IMG/VR virus record: IMGVR_UViG_3300014911_000001
Location: 32,001-96,000 of that record
Strand: one strand, 5' to 3'
From: a virus
Length of the DNA stretch: 64,000 bases
Part shown: piece after piece, positions 44,392-54,572 of the stretch
Position numbering within the stretch: position 1 is the stretch's first letter
Layout: every line of letters starts with the position of its first letter
Translations under genes and position numbers: made by a program
The notes under the pieces: generated by a model
The model's database searches: none
What the model saw: the letters and a program-made list of their open reading frames with translations, nothing else
Told to the model about the DNA's origin: nothing

Positions 44392-44844
44392 TCATGCATC
44401 TCCAAACCGTTGCATCAACCGTTCCATGCTTTTTCTAAAGAGCTTCACCGATGCGTACAATAGATTGGCAGCAATAGCAAGATAAAGCACACCTATAGGA
44501 GGCTTTGAGAGGAACGGTACGACACTTGATACAATAAATGCAATACTCATGTTAGCAGCAAACTGATGATAACGAAAATAATGATTCAGTATTCCTTCGT
44601 AGACACTAACATCATCACTTGATAGATTTTCAAATGTTATGTGAGTTTTTGATGAAATACCACATATGAAATTATAACGAATCGTATCAATAATAAGCCC
44701 CAGCATGAAGGATGATACAGCAAATGCACATGCCCATAAGCCCCACGGTATAGTTGGACCAAAAAGTCCTATCTTATATATATGGAGAAGAAGGAAGAAG
44801 CCCGGCAGAAAATGAGCAATAAAAACACCATATAAGAAACTCAT
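44392..44844 (-). CDS. Four-TM membrane protein
   Basis: Hydrophobic segments; RBS. Confidence 0.65.
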   Translation of the reverse strand: MSFLYGVFIAHFLPGFFLLLHIYKIGLFGPTIPWGLWACAFAVSSFMLGLIIDTIRYNFICGISSKTHITFENLSSDDVSVYEGILNHYFRYHQFAANMSIAFIVSSVVPFLSKPPIGVLYLAIAANLLYASVKLFRKSMERLMQRFGDA

Positions 44845-44870
44845 TAAGGTCCCTCCTTATTTTGATAACC

Positions 44871-45413
44871 TTAGAATAAACTGAATCCTACATAAAGATC
44901 CCAACCACGATCAAATGATTCATTAGAATTAACGAACTGGCTATTATCGTAGGAAGCCCCGACATAGAAGGTGGGTGATAATATAATAATGCCCTGACAG
45001 AATGATTCAGAAAGAAGAAACGGATTCATAAGCGCCACAATGATTGATAGATCTATACCTACAGACCCAGAAAGACGCATGTTGGTGTAGTCGAAGCCGC
45101 CGCCCCTTCCGTAGCCAAGCCGGCCGCCTAAACGTATGAAGGATAACTCCTTAATAAGTGGTATATCAACATCCATTGATGCAAAAAGACCATTACCAGA
45201 TCCCTTGGGGGTTCTTATGTGTTCATACCCGAGGCCGGCGTAAAGAAGTGGATATGATTCCTCATCATGGTTGAGTAGATATTTGAAGCCCCCGCTCCAG
45301 TCCTTGTTGTAAACATTTTTGTCAATTTCAATATTGATCGGGAGGATATGAGGCAGGGCATTTGATATAGCAAGAGCGGAGAGAATTAATAAAACAGTAA
45401 ATATTTTACGCAT
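44871..45413 (-). CDS. Outer-membrane beta-barrel-like protein
   Basis: Signal peptide, alternating Gly/aromatic strands, C-terminal ...YVGFSLF. Confidence 0.6.
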   Translation of the reverse strand: MRKIFTVLLILSALAISNALPHILPINIEIDKNVYNKDWSGGFKYLLNHDEESYPLLYAGLGYEHIRTPKGSGNGLFASMDVDIPLIKELSFIRLGGRLGYGRGGGFDYTNMRLSGSVGIDLSIIVALMNPFLLSESFCQGIIILSPTFYVGASYDNSQFVNSNESFDRGWDLYVGFSLF

Positions 45414-45443
45414 GTATCACCTCCTTTAATAGTATGTTACAGT

Positions 45444-45471
45444 ATTATATGTATGGTCATATTATAGTCAA
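45444..45471 (-). promoter_or_regulatory. Promoter TTGACT-16-TATAAT
   Basis: Read directly, upstream of 45413. Confidence 0.65.
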
Positions 45472-45774
45472 GCAGAAATTTTTGGGATAAATCGTTCTGT
45501 ATATAGAACAATTTTTAGGTAATTTTGTTCTGCAGACATTACAAAAAACCCAATTTTTGATGTGATTATTCAGTAAGAATATCTTCTCTTTTTTCTAATA
45601 CCCATTCTAATGCTTCGATTTTACCAAGGTGATTATAGTATGCTGGCAGAAAATCAAATCCTCTATCTTCAGTCATTTCCCATAGCTCACTTGCCTGCTC
45701 ATTCAACTCTTCTAAAGCTGTCTTAATTTCCTTTTTACTTCTCATGTTAACCTCCCTTTTAATAATATGCAACT

Positions 45775-45802
45775 ATTATATTGATAGATACTGCTGTGTC
45801 AA
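45775..45802 (-). promoter_or_regulatory. Promoter TTGACA-16-TATAAT
   Basis: Read directly. Confidence 0.7.
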
Positions 45803-45943
45803 GTCCAAAATGAAGCCGGCGGGGCTAAAGAAGAACCCGCCGTGCCAATCCTAGATCCTTATAGGCCTAGGGGGACGGCGGGGAGCTTAATTATACGGTG
45901 CGAAGCGGCGCGCCTTACGGACCCATACCTCACACCATTTAAG

Positions 45944-45971
45944 AATATACCATAATAATAAATCATGTCAA
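45944..45971 (-). promoter_or_regulatory. Promoter TTGACA-16-TATATT
   Basis: Read directly; precedes ORF-less GC-rich hairpins. Confidence 0.55.
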
Positions 45972-46137
45972 GAAATTAATCGTATGGTAGGGATAATCAG
46001 TCAACCATAATGATCAAACAGTAGGGATAATTCATCAAGTTGACGGATATGTTGACGATAAAGTTGACGGAACCAACTGCTCTGGAGGATGCTGATGGTA
46101 TGATAAGAGAAGCAAACCCAACCAATGGAGACTCCAG

Positions 46138-47070
46138 ATGAGCAAAAAACACAAGAATGGCCGTTCATTCTATTCCATCACAATCCCGACATCTCTTAAG
46201 GTTAACTGGGACATTATGTCCAAGTTCATCGAAGATGAGTTCAACATAGTACTTAAGGTCGAGGATGATACACTTTACTTATCGGGACGTAACAAAAAAC
46301 TTATGAAGGAGGTTGGTAATGTCATTATAGAACTATCCTTATCAGGAGTTACATATAAGAGCGTCGAGGAGCTGGCGGCTATATGGGGAGATTATCTAAG
46401 CGCGCGCCATATAATAACATATGATAAAGCCGGCCGGCCTATAACACCTCTATCAGAGAACCAGAAGCACTTTATCAAAGCTGTGCAGGAAAATGATATT
46501 ACATTTGTGATAGGCCCCGCCGGAACCGGTAAGACATATCTTGCTGTTGCACAGGCTGTAGGAATGTTAAGAAGCCGCCAAATAAATAAGATTGTAATAA
46601 CGAGGCCTCTCGTTGAGGTTAATGAAAAGTTGGGATTCCTGCCAGGGGACATAAAGAACAAGGTAATGCCATTCCTTATACCAATATATGATGTACTTGG
46701 GGAACTCTTCACCAAAAGCGAGCTTGAAAATTTAGAGAAAAATGGAGTTATTGAGATCATTCCCATCGCGTTCATGCGTGGGAGGACTATAAAAAATAGC
46801 ATCGTTATTGCTGATGAGGCACAAAACCTTACGATTTCACAGATGAAAATGTTGCTTACTAGGATTGGGTTGGGTACAAAATATATTATTATAGGAGATA
46901 TAACACAGAGTGACATACATAATGGCAAAAAGAATGGACTTCTTTATGTTGTTGAGCGCATAAAGAGGGTGGGAAGCCGCGGCTTCGGTATCGTTAAGAT
47001 GACAGATGCCGACATAAGGCGGCATCCTATTATAACGGAGGTGCTCAAATTGTTTGATAATTTGACTTGA
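46138..47070 (+). CDS. phoH: PhoH-family ATPase
   Basis: GPAGTGKTYLA, LGFLPGD, FMRGRT, DEAQN, GDITQSD, RHP. Confidence 0.95.
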   Translation: MSKKHKNGRSFYSITIPTSLKVNWDIMSKFIEDEFNIVLKVEDDTLYLSGRNKKLMKEVGNVIIELSLSGVTYKSVEELAAIWGDYLSARHIITYDKAGRPITPLSENQKHFIKAVQENDITFVIGPAGTGKTYLAVAQAVGMLRSRQINKIVITRPLVEVNEKLGFLPGDIKNKVMPFLIPIYDVLGELFTKSELENLEKNGVIEIIPIAFMRGRTIKNSIVIADEAQNLTISQMKMLLTRIGLGTKYIIIGDITQSDIHNGKKNGLLYVVERIKRVGSRGFGIVKMTDADIRRHPIITEVLKLFDNLT

Positions 47071-47105
47071 CAGTAGAGATGTATAATTAATATAATAAAA
47101 TTTTT

Positions 47106-47177
47106 ACCGGGGTGGCGGAAACGGCGCAGGGGACCCCGGGACGAGTGTCCGTGTGGGTTCGAGTCCTGCTCCCGGTA
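47106..47177 (+). tRNA. tRNA-like element (class II shape) lacking a normal anticodon arm
   Basis: Acceptor ACCGGG/CCCGGT, TGGCGGAA D-region, variable arm GGAC/GTCC, GGTTCGAGTCC; TTGACA-18-TATAAT at 47067-47096. Confidence 0.6.
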
Positions 47178-47609
47178 TCTATTCTGCAAGCCACCACCAG
47201 AACATAAGATGTACAAACACAAAAATTAAAGTGAAAATTAATACTGCACCAAAAATACATAGAAACATATCCCAAATACCAACAAAAGGTATGAACCACC
47301 CGATATAAGGTGGTATAAAGGATACACAACTTAGAATGATCACAGAAAGACCCATAATGAATAGTGTCAACTTAATAATTGACATCAATATTTCCTCATT
47401 ATATTCACAACAGACCTTACTCACTAGCCTTTAATTCACATGGATATTCCTCCTCCACACGGAATATATCTATGATTGGATACTTAAGTACTTTCTCTTT
47501 CCTCAATAGACAGTAAACCCCGCTTTCACATATGTCTGTGAGACATTTTCATAAACGATCGGATATGATGTACCTTTTAACCACAGTACAACCTTCATAA
47601 ATACCTCCG

Positions 47610-48158
47610 TCACAATATAAATTGTTTCAATATGGTGCCCTTCGGTACATGTATTATGTAATGGTGAATGGTTGGTTCACCAATAGCAACTAATTTCCAC
47701 TTAGGAAATCGCGGCCTCATTTTATAAACACACACGTTACCATAATATGTGCTATCCTCTAGAATAATAGATTTGGATGCCGGGATGTATACCAATTGAA
47801 ATTCATCTCCAACCTTTTTATAAGCTACATATATCATCTTTTCCTCGATATGACCTACACCTAAGAAAAACTCTCCCCGCATGTGTTGAGATGAATTAAT
47901 CGATACGATAGTATACTCATCATCCTTATATACCTCCTTACTCAGCGACTCATATGCAAGCATCCCAAAAAGAATGGTCCCCGCATATGATGTTATCATT
48001 ACAAGTATGGAAATAATAATACTACGTGTACGCAATAAGATATACAACATAATCAATATTGGTAAAATAAACCAAATCATAGCATCCTCCATATCAACAA
48101 TGTTAAACCTTTTGTTACGATTCCCCTGAATCCTTTCTAATATACTTATAGAAAACAA
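47610..48158 (-). CDS. Membrane-anchored hypothetical protein
   Basis: Two N-terminal TM segments; C-terminal YIIHVPKGTI. Confidence 0.6.
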   Translation of the reverse strand: MFSISILERIQGNRNKRFNIVDMEDAMIWFILPILIMLYILLRTRSIIISILVMITSYAGTILFGMLAYESLSKEVYKDDEYTIVSINSSQHMRGEFFLGVGHIEEKMIYVAYKKVGDEFQLVYIPASKSIILEDSTYYGNVCVYKMRPRFPKWKLVAIGEPTIHHYIIHVPKGTILKQFIL

Positions 48159-48201
48159 ATCCTAATATAAGCCCCACAACAAACCAGAAGAATCCCATAG
48201 T

Positions 48202-48813
48202 TCACCTCCTTATTTTTATTATTACATCACCTTGAATTTCAAAGTCAAAGAAACAGTTAGGCGCGCGCTCCTTGAGAACCTTTAAGATATCAATAAATAC
48301 CTGCCTTATTTCCCATTGTGCTGAAGCCGCGCCCCTTAACTCTATCATATGTCTCCATTGACGGAAATTAGCGGTTACAACAATTTGCGATGCACACGCA
48401 TTAGGTAAAACGAATCTCGCATCCTCTTTAGGAATACCTAATGTCAGAAGAACGCTATATAATTTCTGTAAATATCGCATTGTTTCTTCATATAGAAGGC
48501 GGGCTTCCTCATTACCTTCTATTGAAGGAGGTACTATATAAGTGAAGCCGGCCTCCTTCACATATCTTTGCGATCGTTGCGTATAGGAACATAACCTGTG
48601 CCTAACAAGCTGATGAGTTGCTGCACGGGATATATTCTTAATAAGGAAGGTAGCAGATGCATGCTCTAATACTGATAGATGACCCCACTTTATAAGCTTA
48701 CGTATGAGTTCACCAGGTTGACCTTTGGGTTCCGATGCATGTGATACTCTACCAGCCTGCTCTATAAGCTCCTCAGCATTAGGGGTTATTGATAATAATA
48801 TTATATCAGCCAA
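48202..48813 (-). CDS. thyX: FAD-dependent thymidylate synthase
   Basis: GHLSVLEH, RHR...SQRY, EDARFVLP, AQWEIR. Confidence 0.95.
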   Translation of the reverse strand: MADIILLSITPNAEELIEQAGRVSHASEPKGQPGELIRKLIKWGHLSVLEHASATFLIKNISRAATHQLVRHRLCSYTQRSQRYVKEAGFTYIVPPSIEGNEEARLLYEETMRYLQKLYSVLLTLGIPKEDARFVLPNACASQIVVTANFRQWRHMIELRGAASAQWEIRQVFIDILKVLKERAPNCFFDFEIQGDVIIKIRR

Positions 48814-49140
48814 CTGCTCCTCCTTTTAATGAATACATTATCATCATCTCTTGCAATCTTGTCAAGATTCTAACAATTCCTCATCAAATATTTTTATTAA
48901 CCGCTGCCTGCAGTCATTCCAGCCACTAAAATAAGCCTGCAATTCTCTCTCTGATTCTGATGGAATGTTTTCTTGCCGTAATCTTGCAAGCACAAAATTT
49001 TTAATGTCTTTAACCAACTCCTTCACAAACCTCTCATAGATAACTCTCTCATAATAATCATGGGATAATAACATATCCACCTCCTTTTTTTCCCACTATA
49101 ATATGCATAGAAGCCTAAATGTCAAGGTATAATTTCAAAG

Positions 49141-49830
49141 ATGAAACGAATACAACACATACTTTTACTAATAATAGTATTAATAATTATCGCTATAGGA
49201 CATCCCTTCCGTCCATTTTATGTTTTCTTCCAAGAAGGCTATAATGACACAGCATATGTGGACACTACAGATGCATGCATCCCTTGTTCAACATCATATA
49301 ATGTAACGATCTGCACAACGGCTGTCATATTATCGCTACCTATTGACACAACAGACGACACACTATGGCATGGTTACTTATTAAAGCTGTGGATAAAAGA
49401 CACTTCAGGATACACAAGCGATACATTTTATGTGAATGATACATGCTTCAGAACACTATATCAAGTAGCGCCTTGCAACATAGCGCCTACATGTTCATTG
49501 GTATGGGGGTATCATTTCTGGGTCATAAATTTAGATTGCATTAATCTACAATATGGCATCTATATAGGCGATGGTGATAGCATATGTGTCTACATCAGCA
49601 AAGATATGCAACATGGCCAGAAATGCATAGCGATAAATAGCAGCACATCAATACATCAACTAAGAGTGATAGCCGGAGATACAACACCTGTTTACATAAG
49701 TGAATTCCCTGTCATCTCACATCCAGCTTATTCAGATACATACTGGTATGACATACGTGGAAGAAGGACACTACCGTATAGAAGTGGAGTTTATCTACAT
49801 AAAAGACGGGTTATCGTAATAATAAAGTAA
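49141..49830 (+). CDS. Secreted Cys-rich protein with T9SS-CTD-like tail
   Basis: Signal peptide; YDIRGRR...SGVYL...VIIK; paralog of convergent neighbour. Confidence 0.6.
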   Translation: MKRIQHILLLIIVLIIIAIGHPFRPFYVFFQEGYNDTAYVDTTDACIPCSTSYNVTICTTAVILSLPIDTTDDTLWHGYLLKLWIKDTSGYTSDTFYVNDTCFRTLYQVAPCNIAPTCSLVWGYHFWVINLDCINLQYGIYIGDGDSICVYISKDMQHGQKCIAINSSTSIHQLRVIAGDTTPVYISEFPVISHPAYSDTYWYDIRGRRTLPYRSGVYLHKRRVIVIIK

Positions 49831-50538
49831 TCATTTGAGGCGTACCTTCACTTTACCATCCTCTATATAAACAGTAGGTAGGGTCCCTTGAAGCCGGCGC
49901 CCTCTAAGATCAAATCTCCCTTTTAGGTAGCGAAGCCGCGGCTTCCCCTTATATTTATCATCCTCTATAATAAGACTACTTGTATCGGGCAGAACAATCC
50001 TCATAATTTGATAAAGCGCTAGATCATCATATGCGATACATTTGCGTCCCCAAATACTGCCCTTCGTTATATAAACGCATAATGAATCGCCATCTGTTAG
50101 ACTGGGAAAAGCACTATCTCCGATGTCAATGATCCAGAGATGATAACCCCAAACAGTACTACATGTTGGAGCAAGATGATCTATACAAGGCTGCACCCTC
50201 CACAAAGGTATAGATGCTGATGGACATGAATGTATGTCGCAGCTATCCCAGATGGTATCAGCAGAGCTATCATAGATGAAAAACCTGAGGGAAAAACCAT
50301 ACCATACATCATCAGTGCTATCTGTATCGGTACCCAATGATGAGATTACCTGTAGTGTACATAGATTGCGATTGAAGGAAGCCGCGCACTTCGAACAGAT
50401 ATCCATCGTATCAACATAAGCTGTATCATTATATCCTAACTGGAATAGAACAAAGAACCACCGAGGCGGCGGAGGTGGGTCAGCAGCAACCAATGATATC
50501 GCGATCGCTAATAGTATGACAATACTAATTTTCTTCAT
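49831..50538 (-). CDS. Secreted Cys-rich protein with T9SS-CTD-like tail
   Basis: Shared GYNDTAYVDT, APTCSxVWGYHxW; FDLRGRR...VYIEDGKVKVRLK. Confidence 0.6.
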   Translation of the reverse strand: MKKISIVILLAIAISLVAADPPPPPRWFFVLFQLGYNDTAYVDTMDICSKCAASFNRNLCTLQVISSLGTDTDSTDDVWYGFSLRFFIYDSSADTIWDSCDIHSCPSASIPLWRVQPCIDHLAPTCSTVWGYHLWIIDIGDSAFPSLTDGDSLCVYITKGSIWGRKCIAYDDLALYQIMRIVLPDTSSLIIEDDKYKGKPRLRYLKGRFDLRGRRLQGTLPTVYIEDGKVKVRLK

Positions 50539-50753
50539 CTTTATCTTTTTTAGATGGCATAAGCAATTTAGCTATAAGTACAATCACACCTACAATTACA
50601 ACACCAATTATGCCAAATGTCCCTATCAGTGCCAATGCATCCATTTCAGGACCTGTGAATGGATCCTGAGCAAAAGCGATGTTAAAGATACCAAGCGCCC
50701 ACAATATGTAATATAGTCTTGCCATCATTCAATAATACCTTAATCAAAACCTA

Positions 50754-50781
50754 TTGAAAATTCCCGGAAATACGGTATAAT
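50754..50781 (+). promoter_or_regulatory. Promoter TTGAAA-16-TATAAT
   Basis: Read directly, upstream of glycosyltransferase. Confidence 0.65.
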
Positions 50782-50804
50782 CAGACCAAAAGAAAGGAGT
50801 ATCT

Positions 50805-52709
50805 ATGATTATAAAAGTCTCACGCAGACAAGACACAAAAACTGTTTCACAAAAGGGCTATCCTATTATAGCGGTAATATCCGGTAATACACACTTTTAC
50901 TCCGGTGGGCATTATTATATGTATGAAATAGCTGTTGCATTATCTGAACTAGGAGCCGAGGTGCATTTCATTACGAATGTGCGTCCAAGACATTTTGAAA
51001 AGGATTTCAAAGATTATGATCTCAGTAAAATTCATTGGCATGTTGACAGAAACTATAAAGCCGACCTACCTCCCTTAGATGCTGTTATTGGTTCTCCTAT
51101 CCATACAGCCCTCATAGCCGTTGATCTTGCGGGCCTACATTCATGCCCTTCAATTATTGTTGTCTATGAAACACCTAACTGGTACGCGGAATATGAGGAG
51201 GATGAACATAAATATATGCCACGAAAACCACCATTTGAGATGTTCAAGCAAGCCTTAATAGAGTGTGATCGTATTATAGCAATAAGCCATGAAGGCGCTA
51301 AATACATCCCTCAATGGGATAGCAGGATTCCACCAGATAAAATTAGTGTTATAAGACCTGCTATAAATCATAAATGTGCTAATAGATATAAAAATAAATC
51401 CGCAAGAGAACGTAGTGTTACATACATAGGTAGATTAGTATTTAACAAGCAATTTTGGGAGCTCTATGATGTTATAATGAATGATCCTGAACCATACGTA
51501 TTTCATGTTGTTACATCAACGATATCAGAAGCCGAGCGCAGAGCACACATGGGAAATGAAAAACATCCTGTCCAGTGGCATCTTAAGGTTGGTGATGATA
51601 AAAAATTCGAGATCCTATCGAAAACATCAGCCTTAATTTTACCAACCAAATTTGAGGGTTACGGTATGCCTCCACAGGAATCATTATATCTGAATACACA
51701 TACAATTGTTATGGATCTACCGGTTTTCCATAATGGGCACGCAATAAAGGATGATGCGCATTTTGTTAAGGACATGAAAGAAATTCCAAGTGTAGTACAC
51801 AAGGTACTTGGTAAGACATGTACACCTAAGGGGCACATACCGACGATGGAAGATATGAAAAGAGAGCTTCTGCAGGTTAAGGAGATACCATTTAAGTGGC
51901 GTTCCGAAGACGATATCCTCATAAGCTTTTCATGCTGCGTCTTTAACAACGCTAAACATATAAGAGAATGCATTGAAGCAATTTATGATCACGCGTATGA
52001 GATAATCATTGTTGAAGGCGCCACCGATTGGTGGGCTAACTACTTTAATAGTCCTACAGGTATTAGCACCGATGGAACACATGAAATAATTATGGACCTT
52101 GTAAAAAATGATAGCAAGGGGATTATAAAATATTATGGTCCCCTGCGTTTCCCTCATAAGGTACAGATGAGGCGTTATGCGGTAAATAAAATTGATAAAG
52201 AAGCTGTGAGAAGCGGGCGCCTCGTCTATTGGATCGTAGATGCTGATGAAATCTATACTGATGAAAGCATTAAAGCGATGAAGCGCGCCATCCTAACGCA
52301 CCAAAAAGGAATTGTTTTTCAACCAACATACAGACATCACTGGATTGATCCACGGTATGTCATAGAAGGCGGGCCATGGAGTGCACCTCATACAAGAGTC
52401 GTCGTGTGGAATAGGAAATACGGCTATCATAAGCGTGATCAATATTATGTACAGAGACATAATGAACCACTAGATGAACAAGGCATAGGGCTTAATATAA
52501 TGAGGCCAAAGTATTATGTAAGCCGCGGCTTAGGTGTATTGGTTCCCGACTGCATTGTTGACCACTATGCATATGATTACAACTTAGAGGCCAAAATGCA
52601 ATTCTATAAAGAACGCGGCGACAATGCATATAAATTAATGGTTGCTGTTATGCAATGGAAGCCTGGCAAACCATTACCAAAAGGTATTACGATCAAGCGC
52701 ATAAATTAA
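50805..52709 (+). CDS. Two-domain glycosyltransferase (GT4/GT-B plus GT2/GT-A)
   Basis: SGG, IGRL, FEGYGMPPQES; then FNNA, STDGT, VDADE. Confidence 0.85.
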   Translation: MIIKVSRRQDTKTVSQKGYPIIAVISGNTHFYSGGHYYMYEIAVALSELGAEVHFITNVRPRHFEKDFKDYDLSKIHWHVDRNYKADLPPLDAVIGSPIHTALIAVDLAGLHSCPSIIVVYETPNWYAEYEEDEHKYMPRKPPFEMFKQALIECDRIIAISHEGAKYIPQWDSRIPPDKISVIRPAINHKCANRYKNKSARERSVTYIGRLVFNKQFWELYDVIMNDPEPYVFHVVTSTISEAERRAHMGNEKHPVQWHLKVGDDKKFEILSKTSALILPTKFEGYGMPPQESLYLNTHTIVMDLPVFHNGHAIKDDAHFVKDMKEIPSVVHKVLGKTCTPKGHIPTMEDMKRELLQVKEIPFKWRSEDDILISFSCCVFNNAKHIRECIEAIYDHAYEIIIVEGATDWWANYFNSPTGISTDGTHEIIMDLVKNDSKGIIKYYGPLRFPHKVQMRRYAVNKIDKEAVRSGRLVYWIVDADEIYTDESIKAMKRAILTHQKGIVFQPTYRHHWIDPRYVIEGGPWSAPHTRVVVWNRKYGYHKRDQYYVQRHNEPLDEQGIGLNIMRPKYYVSRGLGVLVPDCIVDHYAYDYNLEAKMQFYKERGDNAYKLMVAVMQWKPGKPLPKGITIKRIN

Positions 52710-53104
52710 ACATGCCGTTCAAAATGGGGTACATCCTTGAATGTCTTAAAGTTGCCACCCCATCTATTCTTCTTATTAAGACTCTCCCAGTACTCACCAA
52801 ACGGTTTAATATCATTATAGTCCCATGTTAAAACATAATATCTCCCATCCACAATAACAATCGTCTGCTCATACTTATATTTTTCACCCTCCTGTATCGG
52901 CTTAAAGAAATTAAGGTCAATAGCGAGCCGCTTCAAATGATATGAGTTCATTGTCTTACTGCGTCCTGTTTCCACATATATCCGTTGTGTCTCAGGAGAG
53001 CGCCAGAGCTCTCCCCCTGTAACAATCCAGCCTTTTTCTTCGACATACTTAATCAGTTTCACTACATCCTTCAGAAATTCCCACTGTTCCTTCACTAATG
53101 ACAT
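52706..53104 (-). CDS. M15-family peptidase, probable endolysin
   Basis: SYHLKRLAIDL, WGGNF, DVPHFE. Confidence 0.88.
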   Translation of the reverse strand: MSLVKEQWEFLKDVVKLIKYVEEKGWIVTGGELWRSPETQRIYVETGRSKTMNSYHLKRLAIDLNFFKPIQEGEKYKYEQTIVIVDGRYYVLTWDYNDIKPFGEYWESLNKKNRWGGNFKTFKDVPHFERHV

Positions 53105-53391
53105 CTTCCTGAACCTCCTCTTCTTTTGGTTTCTCCTTTGACCCTTGGAAAATAAGACGATGCCCTTCGTCTTTGCTTATTAATGCGATAGTGCCTCCAA
53201 AGTCAATCTTACCAATATAATTTTCATCTTCATATTCAATATATACCCATCCAGTATGCTGCCCACTGGTGTCTACAATTTTACCATCCTCTTCGATATA
53301 GAATGCTGGATCACCACGTTGTGTAATAAGACACGCTTTATAGTTACCATAATCATAATAAAATTTGTGGAAGAATAACATATGCACCTCC

Positions 53392-54105
53392 TTATGTTAT
53401 AATTCCTTGTTTCACCTTTGACAAATATTCTAATAAATATCGTTCTTTTTCCCCATCTCTATTTTCTTTTGTTATTATGGGCCAGCCGCGCTTCTTACAG
53501 CTATTATTAATCCATGAGCGACGGTGGAAAATAGTAAGCCCGCGGCTTCTCATCTCATTAATAGCCTGCCTACTAAATCCACCACTGTATTTATATCCAA
53601 ACAACTCAACGAACATTCTCCGGAATTCATCATAGACATATCGTGCAATGATACTTGCCGCCGCTATTGAATAATGCGTCTCATCACCACCATAAATGCC
53701 AAATTGGGGAACACTTAATCCATCAATATCATAATAATCCACGAATACAACCGCATTACCATTATCCTTAGTGATTCGATCTACCATATTCTTAATAACA
53801 TCTAATTCGTGCTTACGATAATTGCCACCACCATCTACAATATGGAAATCACAGTAATCAACATAAACAGGAAACCTTTCCATAAGTGATAATGCCACCT
53901 TCTTGCGTTCCTTTACCGTAAGTACCTTGCAATCAGCAACAGGTATTAATGGATACTTAATAGGCGGAACAATTTTAACTGCACCCACAATAATAGGTTG
54001 CAGAGAAGAAAAGACATTTACCTCATCAAATCCAATGATAGTCATACCTTCATCAAGGTATTGTTTCTCATCAGGATCAAAATCTGTTAACCAATGCTTT
54101 TCCAT
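53392..54105 (-). CDS. rnhB: Ribonuclease HII-like protein
   Basis: IGFDEV, DCK, FVD, GD...SIAAASIIAR, HRRSW. Confidence 0.8.
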   Translation of the reverse strand: MEKHWLTDFDPDEKQYLDEGMTIIGFDEVNVFSSLQPIIVGAVKIVPPIKYPLIPVADCKVLTVKERKKVALSLMERFPVYVDYCDFHIVDGGGNYRKHELDVIKNMVDRITKDNGNAVVFVDYYDIDGLSVPQFGIYGGDETHYSIAAASIIARYVYDEFRRMFVELFGYKYSGGFSRQAINEMRSRGLTIFHRRSWINNSCKKRGWPIITKENRDGEKERYLLEYLSKVKQGIIT

Positions 54106-54572
54106 TATTCCTCATAGACATTTTGTGTTGCCCAATACCCTAAACAAATAGCATCCGCTATATTATGGTTATCTATCTCCTGTCCTGCCAGCTCAGATGC
54201 AAGCCTCATAGAATAACGCTTGCGATCAATACGTTTCGTCTGTGACGAACATTGCAATATATTTGTCTGCCATGTCTGGGGTTGCACAACCACAGGAATC
54301 CATCCATTACACTCAAAGATTGTTGCAATAGAAGCCCGCACCTCAACCAATCTTTCAAAAGTTAAAACATTCCTCTTACTTGCCCGGGGATGAAGCCACT
54401 GACCCTCTATAACAAGCACCCGCGTACCTTTATCATATGTTGTGGATAGCTTGTGCATTTTATCCAGAAATTCTTCATCTCTATCAATCAAACCCCAGCT
54501 TTTCAAATGCCCATTCTCCCATATGCTATAACCAATGCGTTTCGTATCGGGATCAATAGCTATAATAATCAT
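54105..54572 (-). CDS. RuvC-like Holliday junction resolvase
   Basis: IAIDPD, VIEGQ, PxTWQ, ADAICLG. Confidence 0.8.
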   Translation of the reverse strand: MIIIAIDPDTKRIGYSIWENGHLKSWGLIDRDEEFLDKMHKLSTTYDKGTRVLVIEGQWLHPRASKRNVLTFERLVEVRASIATIFECNGWIPVVVQPQTWQTNILQCSSQTKRIDRKRYSMRLASELAGQEIDNHNIADAICLGYWATQNVYEE

